A DNA stretch of 64,000 nt from Nageia nagi (taxonomy: Eukaryota; Plantae; Pinophyta). Of this stretch, positions 12,746 through 25,984 are shown piece after piece (the stretch's first letter is position 1; each line of letters begins with the position of its first letter). The DNA lies in NCBI GenBank assembly GCA_050084985.1, contig JBITNC010000001.1, positions 17,732,001-17,796,000 of the forward strand. The letters are read 5' to 3'. A program made the translations under genes and the position numbers. Below the pieces are notes generated by a model. The model was given only the letters and a program-made list of their open reading frames with translations, did not search any database and was not told the origin of the DNA.

Positions 12746-15700
12746 TGTTGGGAAGGAAACCTTTCCTCTTACTCAGCGATCACCTGCACGATCAAGATAG
12801 GAAAGCGACCCAACATTTAAGTGAGAATGCCTTACTGAACTCCTCTTGTAAGGACTGATACCCCAATGTTTCTATCGGAAAGCTCATGTCATTAATACGA
12901 GCTTTAAATTGTGTAGGTCTTTTTTGGGAATCAGCTGAGTGGTGTAGAAGTAATAATTGTTAACTAACATTTTTTGTAGGGACTAAGGTGTTTTATCTTG
13001 CACTAGTTCGAAAGTTGCAATAGGTTTAAAGAAGGTGAAAAATAAAGAAAAGAAAAGTGAGAATGAGGCCAGATACTAGCTATAATTCAAAGAGGGAATC
13101 ACAATGCCACATTTTCTAAACTTTCTTTCTCTCGGATCGGTTAAGAAATCTTGTTCAATTCAATCGAGTCTTTGAAAAGAATGACTATTGTCCAATCATT
13201 CCAAAGATGAAGGAAAAGCGGAACTGATTGTCGGTACTCTACGAATAGGACCGATGCAATCAAATGAACTAAGTGTGAGTGAAGGTCAATAGTTTTGAAC
13301 AAGAGGTCTAGGAAGATGTCTTAAGAGAAAGTTGATTCAGAATACTAAGCATTTAACAAGCAAGTAATGGATTAGCAACAATTCAAACATTTTAGAAAAG
13401 TTTACAACAAATTCTTCTAAAACTCAAAATTTTTCAAAGAGAAGGCACGAAAATATTCGAATTACAAAAATTGTTCTTAAAGGATCAATCCACCACTCCA
13501 ATAGATGAAAACACACTTTGAATCAACATTTAGCCACTTGTATTATGATTGCAAAAGAGTTATGCATGAGTACATCAATTTGCTCCTCAATTACAAAAAA
13601 ATTCAATTTTCATGAAAATTGGCCTTTTTTTTTTACTTGAACATTCTACTCAAAAAAGTGACCCCTATGGTCTATTTATAGACTTTTCAGATCAAGTTTT
13701 TAAGTGTTTTCCTAATTATTAAAAAAAACATTAACATTCTAATTTGAGATTACAATGTCATTTTAGTGGGAGAACAATACTCATCCACCTAAAATATGCT
13801 AGAAATAAAATATTTACAAAAATTGATGCCCTTCGCCACAGATTTCGAGGTATTTTGCATCAATTTGGCAAAATTTGGAGCTTCAAATCATCGTTTTGGA
13901 TCCTTCTATCAGTATTTTGAGCTCGTTCTTTCTTTCAATATGGATTTGCCCTTGATGTGATCATTATGGCAAATTTTCAAGGAATTTGAGAGTTTTTTTG
14001 AAAAAGTGGACTTTTTTGTCTATTTTTCAAAAAAGATCCGTCTGAAATTTGAATTAAAATTTAAAAGTGGATTTGAGCTCATGGATAGATGGAGGATAGG
14101 ATTATAAGGTACTTGGCAAGTTTTGAGAGGATTTGGGGCTTTTTTGGAGGTTTTGAGAAGGATTTGAGGTTCTTGGAAAAATTTTCGATTTTCATGTCTA
14201 TGGATTCTTTTGGTAGAAAAAATTGAAAATTTCCATAGGAATGAAAAAAGCCTCCTAGATTTTTGAGCACTTAAGCTTGCTCAAACTTGAAAATTCCAAA
14301 GTTTAAATGTGCTAAAAATGTGCCCTTCCATGCAATGAAACCATTAAATTCAATTTTTGAGCAAAATTTTAAATTCCTTATCGATTTCCAATGACTTGAA
14401 AACCTGCGCCAAGCTTTTAGAGGCCTTTCTCTTGCTCAAAATCGAAAAAATGAAGTATTAAATGTACTCAAAATGGCATTTTCCATGCAAAAAAGTGGTC
14501 AAATTCGATTTTTGAGCAAAATTGCACTTATCTCTCCAACTTAGGCGCTGATTTTCACTCCAATGGCATCAAAAACTGCACCTAGCTTCTAGGGGTCTTA
14601 AACTTGCTCAAAATCACTTTTTTGTAGACCTAAATGTGTTTTAAATGGCATTTGCCATGCAATGAAGTGCTCATACTTGAATTTTGGACCAAATTTGTCA
14701 ATTCTCCCCACCTTAGGCATGCTATATTTCAGCCCTATGGATCTTCAATGAGCCCCAAACCTGCACCTAGATATTTGAGCCCCCAAACTTGCTCCAAAAT
14801 GAAAATTTGCAATTTTAAACCTTCACAAAATGACCTCCATGCACTTATGTCTTCAAACTTGGTTTTTGATCAAAAATTATCAATTTTCCTCAACTTAGGC
14901 ATTAATTTTCACTCCATTGGAATTCCATAGCCTTGAAAATCAGCACCTACCCTTCAGAAGGCTTAAAATTGCTCAAATTTGAAAATTTGTAGATCTAAAC
15001 CTTCTTAAAATGGCCTTTTCCTTGTCCCCAAGCCTTCAAACTTGACTTTTGACAAAAATTTATCTTTTCTCCTTATGCTAGGTGCCAAAATTCACTCCGT
15101 TGGAATTCCATACAGCTGAAAACATGCGCCTAACCTTTTGGGCCTCAAAACTTGCTCAAATTTGAAAAATTAAAGACCTAAATGTGCTTGAAATCACTAT
15201 TTCCATCAATTTATGCCTTTGGTTTTGTCTTTTAGTGAAAATCCTTTTTTTCCTCCAAGTTAGGTGCAAAAATGCAAGTCTATGGATTTCCAATCACTTG
15301 GAAACTTGCGCCTAGGATTTTAGGGCACTTCCATTGGTCAAAATAAAAAACCTTGTAGACCTAAAGTGTCTTAGAATGGGATTTTACATGCAAACAAACC
15401 ATCTCCCTTGATTTTGCGACAAATGACATTTTCTCCTTGGTAGCTAGGCACCAAAATTCACCCCATTGGATTTTATTAGCTTGAAAAACTGTGCCTAGGC
15501 TTGGAGAGCTCAAAACTTGATCAAAATCAAAAATTTCAAGTCCTAATTGTGTTGGAATTAACCTAAACTTTCCAATGATGCTCTTAGACTTGATTTTCGA
15601 CACCATTTGCATTTATCTTTTAAAAAAATTTCATAATTTGCCATTCCTGAGAGCTACTTGTCAAAACTTGGGCTCTGATATCACTAAAACCCTCAATCTG

Positions 15701-16345
15701 TGGCCTAAGGCATACCTTTTGCACTTCGGACCCATATCCAGCATTTTCAAGCTGAAACTATGCATTTCCAATCATTACCGGCATTCCGAGCTCAGACTTT
15801 GAAAAACGACCATTTCCGACATTTCCAGCACTTCCGAGCTCAAGCTCTACATTTTCGGTCAAAACTGAACATTTACGTGCATTTCCGGTAAGAAGCGAAC
15901 TTTCCGAGCATTTTAAGCTCAACTTTTCATTTTCGAACATTTTTGACCTCAAACCGTGCAAAAACACGCATTTTGACCATACTGACCATTTCCAAGATCA
16001 AAATTGACCAAAATGACCATTTCCGTCATATCTACCATTTTCAAGCTCAAATCTCTGAAAAACGACCCCATTTCTATCAGCTTCACTCTAGACCCAAGAA
16101 TTTGTGCTCTAACACTCTCTCAGATCCTGGCTCCTTGGCTCAAAAACGGTGACTGGATACTTTGATACTTTTCAAGGTCTTCATCGCATGATCTCCTTGA
16201 ATCACTCCCTGATATCATGTTTGCACTCTTCAAAATGAACTATTGGTCACCAAAAGCCAATCTCAAGGCAATGCACCTCATTGCCTTTGCAAAAACAGGG
16301 TCCTCAAAATCTTGTATTTTGGGGTGTATTCTGCTGGGCACAACA
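12746..16345 (-). mobile_element. Solo LTR (3.6 kb) of a giant Gypsy (Tat/Ogre/Athila-type) family, copy A1
   Basis: TG...CA termini with perfect TSD TGGTG (12741-12745 / 16346-16350). TATA box at 13672-13681 (minus). Colinear with 38154-41865 and 49611-53734. Confidence 0.9.
14250..15600. repeat. ~181-bp tandem array (~7 units) with an internal palindrome, in LTR A1
   Basis: An AAACCTGCGCCT-like anchor recurs at ~14401, 14575, 14759, 14941, 15122, 15303 and 15488. Confidence 0.85.
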
Positions 16346-19300
16346 TGGTGTTGCAAGTCGACTAGTTGGAGAATCACCAATCTCATCAAAGATAACATTT
16401 TTACTCACATATATCTTTCATGTAGTAGGATTCATGAGTCTGTAGCCTTTAGATTCGCTACTATACCCAAGAAGAATGCACCTCAAGGACTTTTCTTCTA
16501 GCTTTGTTCATTGCTCTTTGAGAATGTGCATGTAGGCCATACAATCAAATACTCAAATATGAGAGCATGCTTCTTCAAGAGTTATCCCTCAAGAGCTTTA
16601 ATAGGTGCTCTATACAACAAATATATTGCGCTCCTCATAGCTTTGGCCCAAAAAAACATGATGCAACTTCACATCCTTCAACATGCTCCTCACCATCTCT
16701 ATAATGGTACGATTTCATTGTTCAGCAACTCCATTTTGTTGTGGTGTGTATGATGTGGTCAACTGTTGTTGAATAGCATTCTCTTTTAAAAATGCAAAAA
16801 AATCATTTGATGTGTACTCTTCCCCTCAATCTAAGCGGAGTACATGGTTTTGACAACTAGTGGCATTCTCCACACAAGCCTTGAACTTCGTACTCAAAGG
16901 TCTCTAACTTTTCTTTCAAGCAATACACCCACATCTTTCGAGAGCAATCATCAACAACCAACCGAAAATATTGGTAGCCAGTGTAGTTCGTTTTTTGGGG
17001 CCCCTTAGATCAGAATGAATCACATCAAGAAGTCCCTTAGTATGATGGGTACTAGCATCAAAAGGTTCCCTAATTTGTTTTCCTATGATGCAAGAAGAAC
17101 AAATAGGTGTAGGAAAAGTAAGAGAGGGAAGACCATGGAATATCTTCTTCAGCTACAAGGTAATCAGGTAGTTGAGATTCATGTGTCTATATCTGCGATG
17201 CCAAAGAGTGGTGTCATCAACAGTACTATCGAGAGCCTAATTGTTGAAAGCCACAACATCAAGCACGAGCATCTTCCCAACTCCTATTTCCCGAGCCACA
17301 ATCCAAGACATTTTGGATTAATCTTGAATGAGGCAATGTTTTTTCCCATCCAAAGTATCAAACTCCAATTTGAGGTTGTGATCCAACATTTGATCGACAG
17401 ACAAGATATTCTTTTCGAGTCCTGGCACATACAAGACCTCTTTAATCTAACAATTATGCTTCCCAAGATGGATTTGGACATCTCCCTACCCCTCAATGAC
17501 ATAGGGTGTGTCATCTCCCAATTGTACTTGACCAGGATAAGATTTCTCATCCGAGAAACAAACCAATCCTTTCGGCCAATCATGTGCTTGGTAGCACCAA
17601 ACCACATACCAAGTGGTGGTTATGGATGGTTGGTCTTGATGGGCAAGTGCAAAATCTTTTGACTCTTCTTCTTTAGCATTAGCAACATTCCCCTTTTGTT
17701 GTCCTTGTGGTCTTCAATTTCTCCATTCTCCTTTCTTCATGGGAGGTAGTCCTTCATGTTTTTTATTCTTATCACTCGAAGAGACTTAAGCAAAAGAATT
17801 GTACCAACAATCTTTCAATTTATGCCCCTTCAGAAACTCTTTTTCAATGTGTTGGTGTCTTGTGACTTGCCTTTTCCCCTATGTTGCTTCTTGCCTTTCT
17901 GAGTGGATACCATTGCATGCTCTTCTTCATTCAAATTCTCATGGACGGCCTCTTCTTATTGTAGCATATTCACTAACTCTTCAAAGTCTGGCTTCTATTT
18001 GGTGATGTTCAAGGATCTCACAAAAATGTGATATGACTCGAGGAGTGTTCTCCAGACAATGGGTACAAGCAGCTTTATCTTCCACCATCTCTACTAATGC
18101 TTGTAGGCCGGCATGGAGTTCCGCAACTCGAAGAAGAAAGGATTTTAACTTCTCCCATCTTTTAGCTTTAAATTGTGTAATTGTCTTTAAAGATGAAGAA
18201 TTTGATTTGATTCTTTGATTCAAACACGTGTTGTAATTTCTTTCAGGATTTAGCAACATCCTTGGAATCACAAACATGGGGTTGAACATCATCTGAGATT
18301 CCAAGGATAATCATACATGCCTTTCTATTGCGTTGATCAAACTCTTTTTGTGGATCTCCAACAATTTTTGGGAATTTCTCAATCCCATCAACAATGTCCC
18401 ACAAGCCCTCATTCAAGAATGGCTTCAATTTTTGTTTTCCAAACCGCATAATGGGTTCCTTTCAAGACTTGGGAGTGAAGAAGGAGGATTTTTGGAGCAA
18501 TTTGTACACAAATATCAAGAAATCCTTCACTTTACGAAGATCTTATACAACATTTTCTAGAAGTCCGAACCTAAGACTGCAAAATTTGGCCCAATTCAAG
18601 ATTAATGTGAGCAAATGTGAGTGAACAATGGCAACAAACTTTGTTCTTCTCAGCACAATCAAATAGCGAGCTGTTGGGTGCTCTTTTACCTCACGCTGGA
18701 CTATTTGCACTTGGACAAAAATCATCAAGTAACGTTGTCTCAAAAAACACTACAATGCAGTCTCAGAATGAACAGATGGTCTCACTTCTTGGCGCAGATT
18801 GTATAATGTCCTTAATGCACCTCTGGTAGTGTCACAAAAAAACATTCACACATCTTCTCAAAGAATCGGCTACTCCATTCACAAGATCGACGCAAGGCAA
18901 GAAAATTTTCACTCAGCCTATTGGCAGCCTCGGAAATTTTTCACCAAACCTAGCTCTGATACTATATAATATTGGAATAAGATGCTTTATTACATTCCTT
19001 AAATCAAGTATAAATACTAGAGAGAACATAAAAATAGATAAGGAATTTATACTCACCTCATGTTCCTAAAAATAACATATATCTATAATTAACCATAATC
19101 CTATAATTAACCACTATCCTATAATTAACCACTAATCTATAATTAAAACATTAATGTATTATTATTCTAACAATAACAAACACATTTTATGTAAACATCG
19201 CAACACAATCTAGCTTTGAAAATGAAATTACATTCTTGAATTTTTGCATTGTTAAAAATTTTGGAACTTTTTTGACAACTTATGTTGAACTATTAACTTT

Positions 19301-19569
19301 TATCATTCACTAAAACTTTTATGACTAAAGATATTATATAATTCCAAGGCATCTTCTAAGCCATTCAGGCATATATTAATTGTATATAACTTCAAAGTTG
19401 TAATCTGTGTAACAAAGGTGACAAGCTCAAATAAAAGTGGGACAATAGCAATCAAATAAATGACAATACAGATCACACGTCAGATTCAGTGCAAAATAAA
19501 GAATATCGGGCTCAACAGGTGTTAAAGTTAGAAGAATGAGATAAAGCAATTTGTCAAGTATAAAAATAC

Positions 19570-19647
19570 CTGTGAAATTAATTGTCCACCAAAAACATTT
19601 CCAAAGCGTGGGGCATCTGGCAAAGTGACTCCACGGAATATATCAAC
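19570..19647 (-). CDS. ACH2: ACH2-like exon 7 (VDIFRGVTLPDAPRFGNVFGGQLISQ), start of the TesB/ACOT8 hot-dog domain
   Basis: AG/GT flanked, 78 nt. Has the diagnostic TesB VFGGQ motif. The next exon (ALAAASKTV...) was not found in the window. Confidence 0.95.
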
Positions 19648-21717
19648 CTATGAAATAAGACAAGAAGAGAAGAATCAGTAGGCCATACACAATACAATCG
19701 TATATTAGAATATCCTATTTCTTTTATCCAGCCACTGATTATCCAACTCTATACTCTCATGGCTAAGATATTGGATACAAAAAGATATTAGATCTCAAAA
19801 AACAACTGAGTTTATATGACTATTTTTGTTCAAAAACTGAATTTAGAATTTATAGATAGTTTCACTGTAAATTGCTTGTCTCTTTGGAGACATTTACAAG
19901 GATCAAAAAGACTTTTAACTTTGTGCTTGTAGGTCAGCATTTGGTAACATGTACACCCTTGACCATAGAGACACTGGATGATTTCAATTTCTTTTGAACT
20001 CAGCCTCCAAAGAATGACACTTTGTTTTTGCTTGTTTTGAGGATGAAACTGAGAAGTATAGAGATAAGGAAGGTTTTGTAAGCAAAGCATAGAAGAGAAG
20101 AAAACAAGAAATTAACTGGCAAATATGAGCAATCTACCTCAAGCCAAATTCCAATACAGACTCAACCTTAGATAACAAATACAATTTAAACCAGCCCATA
20201 GCCAGTGATAAAGAAAATCTTGCTCAAAAGATTCACTTCAATATTTGTAACTGGAATCAACAGAAACAGTAACTATTAACATCAATCTTAGTAATTTCTA
20301 TAAGCCAATTCTTGTTCTCTTTGCTCTGCATAACCAACACACTCAAGTGGTAATTCAGAATAGAATCCTTTAAATACATGTCAATCCCAATCCAACCATT
20401 TTTCTTTCCCTTTGTCCCTTCCAAGGTCAAGAGGCAGCAGTCAAGGACCTGCTCCAGTAAGCATGGAGTTCCTTTCATGCTAAGGTAAAAAGTGCTAGAA
20501 AGAAAGAGATAAGGATGTCAGAAAGAGTTCGGCTCTTAGAAAAGATAAGAGTTAGTTGAAAGAAATGGGAAGGATGAAGCTTGTGGTCATCCCGAGCTTC
20601 CAGTGTAATATAACAGAACCATGGGGAGAGCATTCAGCTCACAGCCATAGATAAAATACAAACTCATATATCTGTGATAAGAGGGCTAGGCATAACAACT
20701 ACTAATATATCAGTCACCTACATCACGTATATAGGAAGGATCAATCAAATCCATGCTTATAAATACCTAAAATTATAAATACTGAAATAAAACAAAAAAT
20801 ATGACCCCATCCAATTTGATGCAACATAAGTGATTTTTCATTATAAAAGGGAAAATGCCAAATAATGCATATGGGGTCCATGACAATGTCAGACCACTCT
20901 ACACAAATGGTCAAACTTGAAGAAACGAAAGGATCATTTCAAACCTTTTGTTGTTTCCCTTCTTCTGTCAAGAGGCAACATCCCTTGCAGGATCCAAGAC
21001 AGTGTCCTGTTGGTAACAAGTGTAATAAACTCAAAGAATGTATGATTCCCAGAATATTACCAGCCTTTCAGATCCACCATCAGCTTGCAAAGCCTTCTTG
21101 CTAAAAGTAAACCTTCTATCCCACTTTGAGAGTTAACAGTAAGTCTCTGTGTCTATGCAAATTCATCTTAGCACAAATAACATGAATGTGGTACCAAACC
21201 TTCTTTATCTATTGCAAGATGAGCCATCTCATCTTCCTCTAGTGTCTACTTATCTCTTACTGTACATTTTTGTATAAACAATATGATGTATAGATAAATT
21301 GGGCACAGCTTTACATTTGTTTTCATAAATTCAATGCATTCTACAAAAATATGATGTAATTTCTGATTTATTTCTTATTACCAATATTGTTCTTACTATG
21401 TATACGGAATTATCTGTGTTATCTTTCTCTTATGACACAAGGTGCACGAGGCTTTAGATTTCTTTTGGAAGATTTGAAGTATTAAACAGAAATATGAATA
21501 AAGTTCTGATTTAGTTCATGCTGCCAATATAGTCCTTTCTTTCTGTATAGATAGATCATGTTCTATTCTAATTTGGATTCTGCTCTTCAATGCATAGGCA
21601 TGCACCATACTGTTCTTGGAATATAGATCATATATATGCTATACAATCTGAAACAAGCACAAAACTTTTGAAGAGAAATAAAATTCAAGAAATTTAGAAA
21701 CTATGCAAGCAACTTAC

Positions 21718-21843
21718 TTCAAGAGATTCCAATTGTAGTATATGTTCCACCTTGGGGCATGCATCCATTTTCTGCTCCAAATTCCAGATTGATTCTGCTG
21801 AAAGCAAGTCTGTATATTCATGACTTAGCACCAAACAAATAAC
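21718..21843 (-). CDS. ACH2: ACH2-like exon 6 (VICLVLSHEYTDLLSAESIWNLEQKMDACPKVEHILQLESLE)
   Basis: AG/GTaagt flanked, 126 nt. Matches ACH2 LTCLVL...SIW...VERILQLDPLE. Confidence 0.94.
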
Positions 21844-22034
21844 CTGCCATCATTTTTTAAGCAAATATATAAAATTACATCAGCATATTCCCTTAGATAT
21901 GCTTTTTTGAGTAATTTGATTTGATTCTCTGAATAATTAAGCAAATTACCACAAGTATGCTCCTTGAAATAAAACTAGGACCAGAAATTCAAACTCAGAA
22001 TATTAACCACCAGATCAATACTGAAACAATTTAC

Positions 22035-22081
22035 CGTGCTCAAAGCAATCACATCAGCCCGATTAGCCTCATCAATGTATC
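22035..22081 (-). CDS. ACH2: ACH2-like exon 5 (GYIDEANRADVIALST)
   Basis: tgcAG/GTaaat flanked, 47 nt, phase 1 to 0. ADVIALS matches ACH2 ADIVAMS. Confidence 0.9.
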
Positions 22082-22364
22082 CTGCAGAAATTGGGATTAA
22101 ATCAAATTCCTGTTGAGTATTTGACCGACTGAAGAACAAGATAGAGGAGTGTGCTTGTTTCTAGGAACAAGTTTTATAAAGTCAAACTTATCTTTTAACC
22201 TCTTCCATTATACATCGTTAACATGACTTTATCACAATACAAGGAAACCAATAAATATTCAGGGAAATTTTTTTTTGTTCAAAACGTGTTGAGAAACATT
22301 AAGATATCATTTCAAAAGACATAAACCAATACTAATTCATTTTGATTCTTATTATGAAAATTGG

Positions 22365-23112
22365 TAAGATAAGATAAGATAATTATATTAATGTCCATCG
22401 GGTGACCAATAAGGTCAAAGGGACTTGGAAGTAAGGCTAATGATATAGAAAACAACTAGAAGAATAGACCTTAGAAAGAGAGTTAACTATGACAAATAAG
22501 AAAACAAAGGGTTAAGGAGGTGCAGGGAGAAAAAGCCTTGAACCTTAACTTTAAGATTACAGTAGTGAGTGGGGAGGGTCCCTCTAGGAGAAGTGGTGAG
22601 AAGACAAACAGGACAATGACAAGGGGCCATGTGATACAGAAAACTATAGTGCAACACGGATCTAGAGGGCCATCAACTGAAACATTGACTACCATGGAAG
22701 ATCCCATCACAGAACCAATAATGATGGGGAAGAGAGCCCCAAGCTGAGGGGAGTGCGTTGGGCCATCTTTGGGGAAGTTGGAAGCTTCTGCTCAAATCAC
22801 AAATCCAAGACCAAAAGATTGCTAGTATCCGAAAAACATGGTAATAAGGGATTCATGTAAGTTGTCTCAATGACAAATGCAAGGGGAGCCTTATTGCTGG
22901 TAAGAAACAAATTTGTGGCGCCTAGGGTGGGGAGTTAATTGGGTGACCTAGATGGTGGTGCATGGTGAAGACCATCGATGAACTAACATGTCGTTGTATG
23001 TGTGAGAGCTAGAAGGATCTTTTGGGTGGTTAATACCCCCAATAGAAGCGATGGGCTGAAAGAAGTAATCAATCTAGTAGCTATGGGGGTCTCTTGTAGA
23101 GATTTGCACGTA
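22365..23112 (-). mobile_element. RTE/RTEX-like LINE copy 4 (3' end only)
   Basis: The reverse complement carries the shared 3' stem-loop (22393-22424), GACATTAATA and an (ATCTT)n tail. An ITSFxP-like motif lies near 23060. Confidence 0.7.
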
Positions 23113-25130
23113 TGATCTGTAATCGCTAGTAGACTATGTCTTTATAGGTCCTCAAATACAGATTTCAATTTTACTTATTTGAGATTTCTTGCAATCTTAT
23201 TATGAATTATGTAAAATCAGCATTATGCAATTGAAAACAAAGTTGCAGTGAATTTTGAAACTAAAACAAGCAAATTACTATTCACATAAAATTTTGACAT
23301 AGATTTTATAGTGGAAAATCCCCAATGTTGGAAAAAAACCATTCTTAAAGAGCTTCAAGAAATCTCATTGATCACAAAATGGAGTGTACAACCTTAGTTT
23401 AGTAGGCATGAGTGCCCAAGATCTCAACAATAAAACAACACCCTCACAAAGTTGCCACAACGATTAATCACAACTCTTGACCAACTCATACAAAATTCAA
23501 CAAAATTTGATCAAAAGTCAACAACCCTTTCAATCAACTCGTTGTGGATATTTATAGATGCCAAATTGTCTTTTCACCTACTAAGTATCCCTTTCGGACT
23601 TCATCTTTTGGACTTCCTCTTCTTCCAAATCACACCTCATGTCAATCATTGTTGCCCCCCCAATGATTAGTCAGATGAATTGTTGCATGTCCAATCATTA
23701 GCTGAAACCTTCTAGGGCCCCCACAAATGACTTAAAATACCTAGTGTTACATATCCAACAATTAGTCACTGCAATAATTGGTCTTAGAATGATTAGTCAA
23801 AAAAGTATCAGTGTTTGAAAGTGAATGGACTGATAAATCATTAAATGTCCAACAATAGGATTGATAAATTGTTATTTGTCCAACAACTTGCAATAATCAT
23901 TAGCTATCCAACAATTAAGACTACAAAATCATTGCTAGTTTGACAATTGGACAAAACTACAAAAACTGAAGGTCAAACCCCGTCCAAATATGGTCATGTA
24001 ATATATCCTTGGCAAGATCTTTCAAGTTCTTTCTAATGGTGTATCATTTGCATCAATTGGAGCTATACAACAAACATTACGAGCTTCATAAGTTGATTGA
24101 AATTTTTGACAGGTCTAAACTGCAAGCAAATTCTACAAAACCCATTAGTGATTCTTCCAACACCTGAGAATGAAATTTTCACCAAGAATCCTCCATCAAA
24201 GATATCTATTCACCATACATATGATCCTCCTAGATCACACCTCCCCACTAAGGAGGCTTCTGGTCCCCAAGACCTTTACTTTGAGGGAGGTGAGGAAACC
24301 TTGGTTCTATCATACCATTTCACCTTCTTAAGAAACTACCATTTTAGACCAATTAACCAAACTTCTTGTTGTCCTCTTCTAATGGTATGAACCTTCTTCT
24401 GCAAGACTGAATCCTCCCCAAGTTATGTCATTGCACCCACAAATAAGTCATCAATTGATTGAAAAACTTGTCCTACTGCTTCAGTGATCATGGTTGGTTC
24501 AAACAAAATTCAAGTTATTCACATTAACTACCGAATAAATTTACATATAGGTAGGTAGATTCAACCTATAAGCATTCTTGCTTACCTACTCAAGGATATC
24601 AAATGGTTCATATTGGAGAAGTTTTAGCTTCTTGTCTTGACCTTGTAATCTCTCATTGTTGAGATATAACCACACCTTATTACCCACCCTGAATTTGTGA
24701 TCAACTCTATGTTGATCATGCCTCAGTTTGTATTTTTGTTTGTTGGCTTTTAGTTGCTCTTGTACCTTCAAGTGAACATGTTGGATGTTCTCAATAAACT
24801 TCTCAACATATTCTTCCTTTAGGAGTGCTTGATCATGTTCATCTTGTTGACCAAAATGGTGATGGTAAAAAGTTACTCAAAACATGTCTCAAATGGTGTT
24901 TTATTGATGGAAATATGAATTGACTTGTTGTATGAATGTTGTACGTAGAAGAGTGGTTCATCCCAAGTCTTTGAATGCTTGCTACAATACCCCCTCAAGA
25001 GTTACACCACTACCCTATGAACCACCTCAGTTTGTCCATATATCTATGGATGAAAGGTGGTGCTTCTTTTCAGCTTAGTACCCATCCTTCCCATAAACAA
25101 GTCCAAAACTTGCCCAAAAACCTCAAAATC
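23113..25130 (-). mobile_element. Ty3/Gypsy (chromovirus-like) 3' part: integrase C-terminus, PPT and 3' LTR (23113-24237)
   Basis: ORF 24586-24771 (QQKYKxRHDQHRVDHKFRVGxKVWL...PFxIL). PPT at ~24240-24250. LTR bounded by TGATCT...AGATCA. Confidence 0.85.
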
Positions 25131-25984
25131 CTTCATATGTCATACATGACTCAGGATGACCTCTTTCTCTTAGATTTTCACATATTGGCAGGGAACCATT
25201 ATCAACTACTTGTTTCATAATATAATCCGTTAGTAACATCCAAAGTGCCTTCTCCAACAGTAGTCTTTGGATAAAAGGACAACTAGTCCCTAAGCTCGGT
25301 GTGCTCTCCGAAAAATGTCCCTAATGATAAGCAATCAAAGTTCATATTTTTCTTTTTTTTTAAGAGAATGCACTATATACACTAGACTAACAGATTAAAG
25401 TTCTCTGTTGAAACCAAGATCAAAGACCCTATTTTGATTTTCACTTAAGTGAAAATAACATACAAATCCATCTTCGTCCAACATGTCTAAGTAGGTATAA
25501 CAAATGGCTTAGACATGTCAAAAGAAACACATATGAGGAATTAGTCCATGTGAAAATCTTTTCCATGAATTGATATGAATCGATGAAAGAAGTAGGCAGA
25601 AGACTCTCCTTGTGGACCAATTCACAGTGTATGATAACAATCACTAGAAATGCTTTAGGTACCATCTTCCCCACAACAAACATATGACCCTAACTCCCAT
25701 GACCCACAACCTCTTCGTTGCCAAAGGATGGAAAATATATACACCGAGGCATAAGGATTGTAGGAGTATAAACTTGATATTTATCATGACCAAGCTCAAG
25801 ATCAACTACCAATCCTGGTTCTTCCAATGCATACTATGACTTTTGACTCCACTGCACCTTCATTCTCATACAACAAGTAGCCACCAAAGATATCACCAAT
25901 GTCCCCAATCTCACGTTCATTTTGGTATACCAATTCTTGAGCATGAACAACTAGAGCATCCTCAATATCTTGTCGTAACAATTC

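Larger units (their letters stand above)
9900..19172 (-). mobile_element. Ty1/Copia LTR retrotransposon, full-length but decayed, with nested insertions
   Basis: Paired short LTRs at 9900-10074 and 18965-19172, with TSD ATAAC (9895-9899 / 19173-19177). tRNA-iMet PBS (TAGTATCAGAGC) at 18953-18964. Domain remnants: gag (GLWDIVDG), PR (GATKHM), INT, RT (YDLKQAPRAWY) and RNase H (GSGPISWSSKK). Confidence 0.93.

Noticed and set aside
14250-15600. CRISPR-like appearance of regularly spaced palindromes
   Set aside because: The spacers are homologous to each other, the unit is ~181 bp, the context is a eukaryotic LTR and no cas genes are present.
17015-17662. 215-aa plus-strand ORF
   Set aside because: Antisense shadow of the Copia protease/integrase region.
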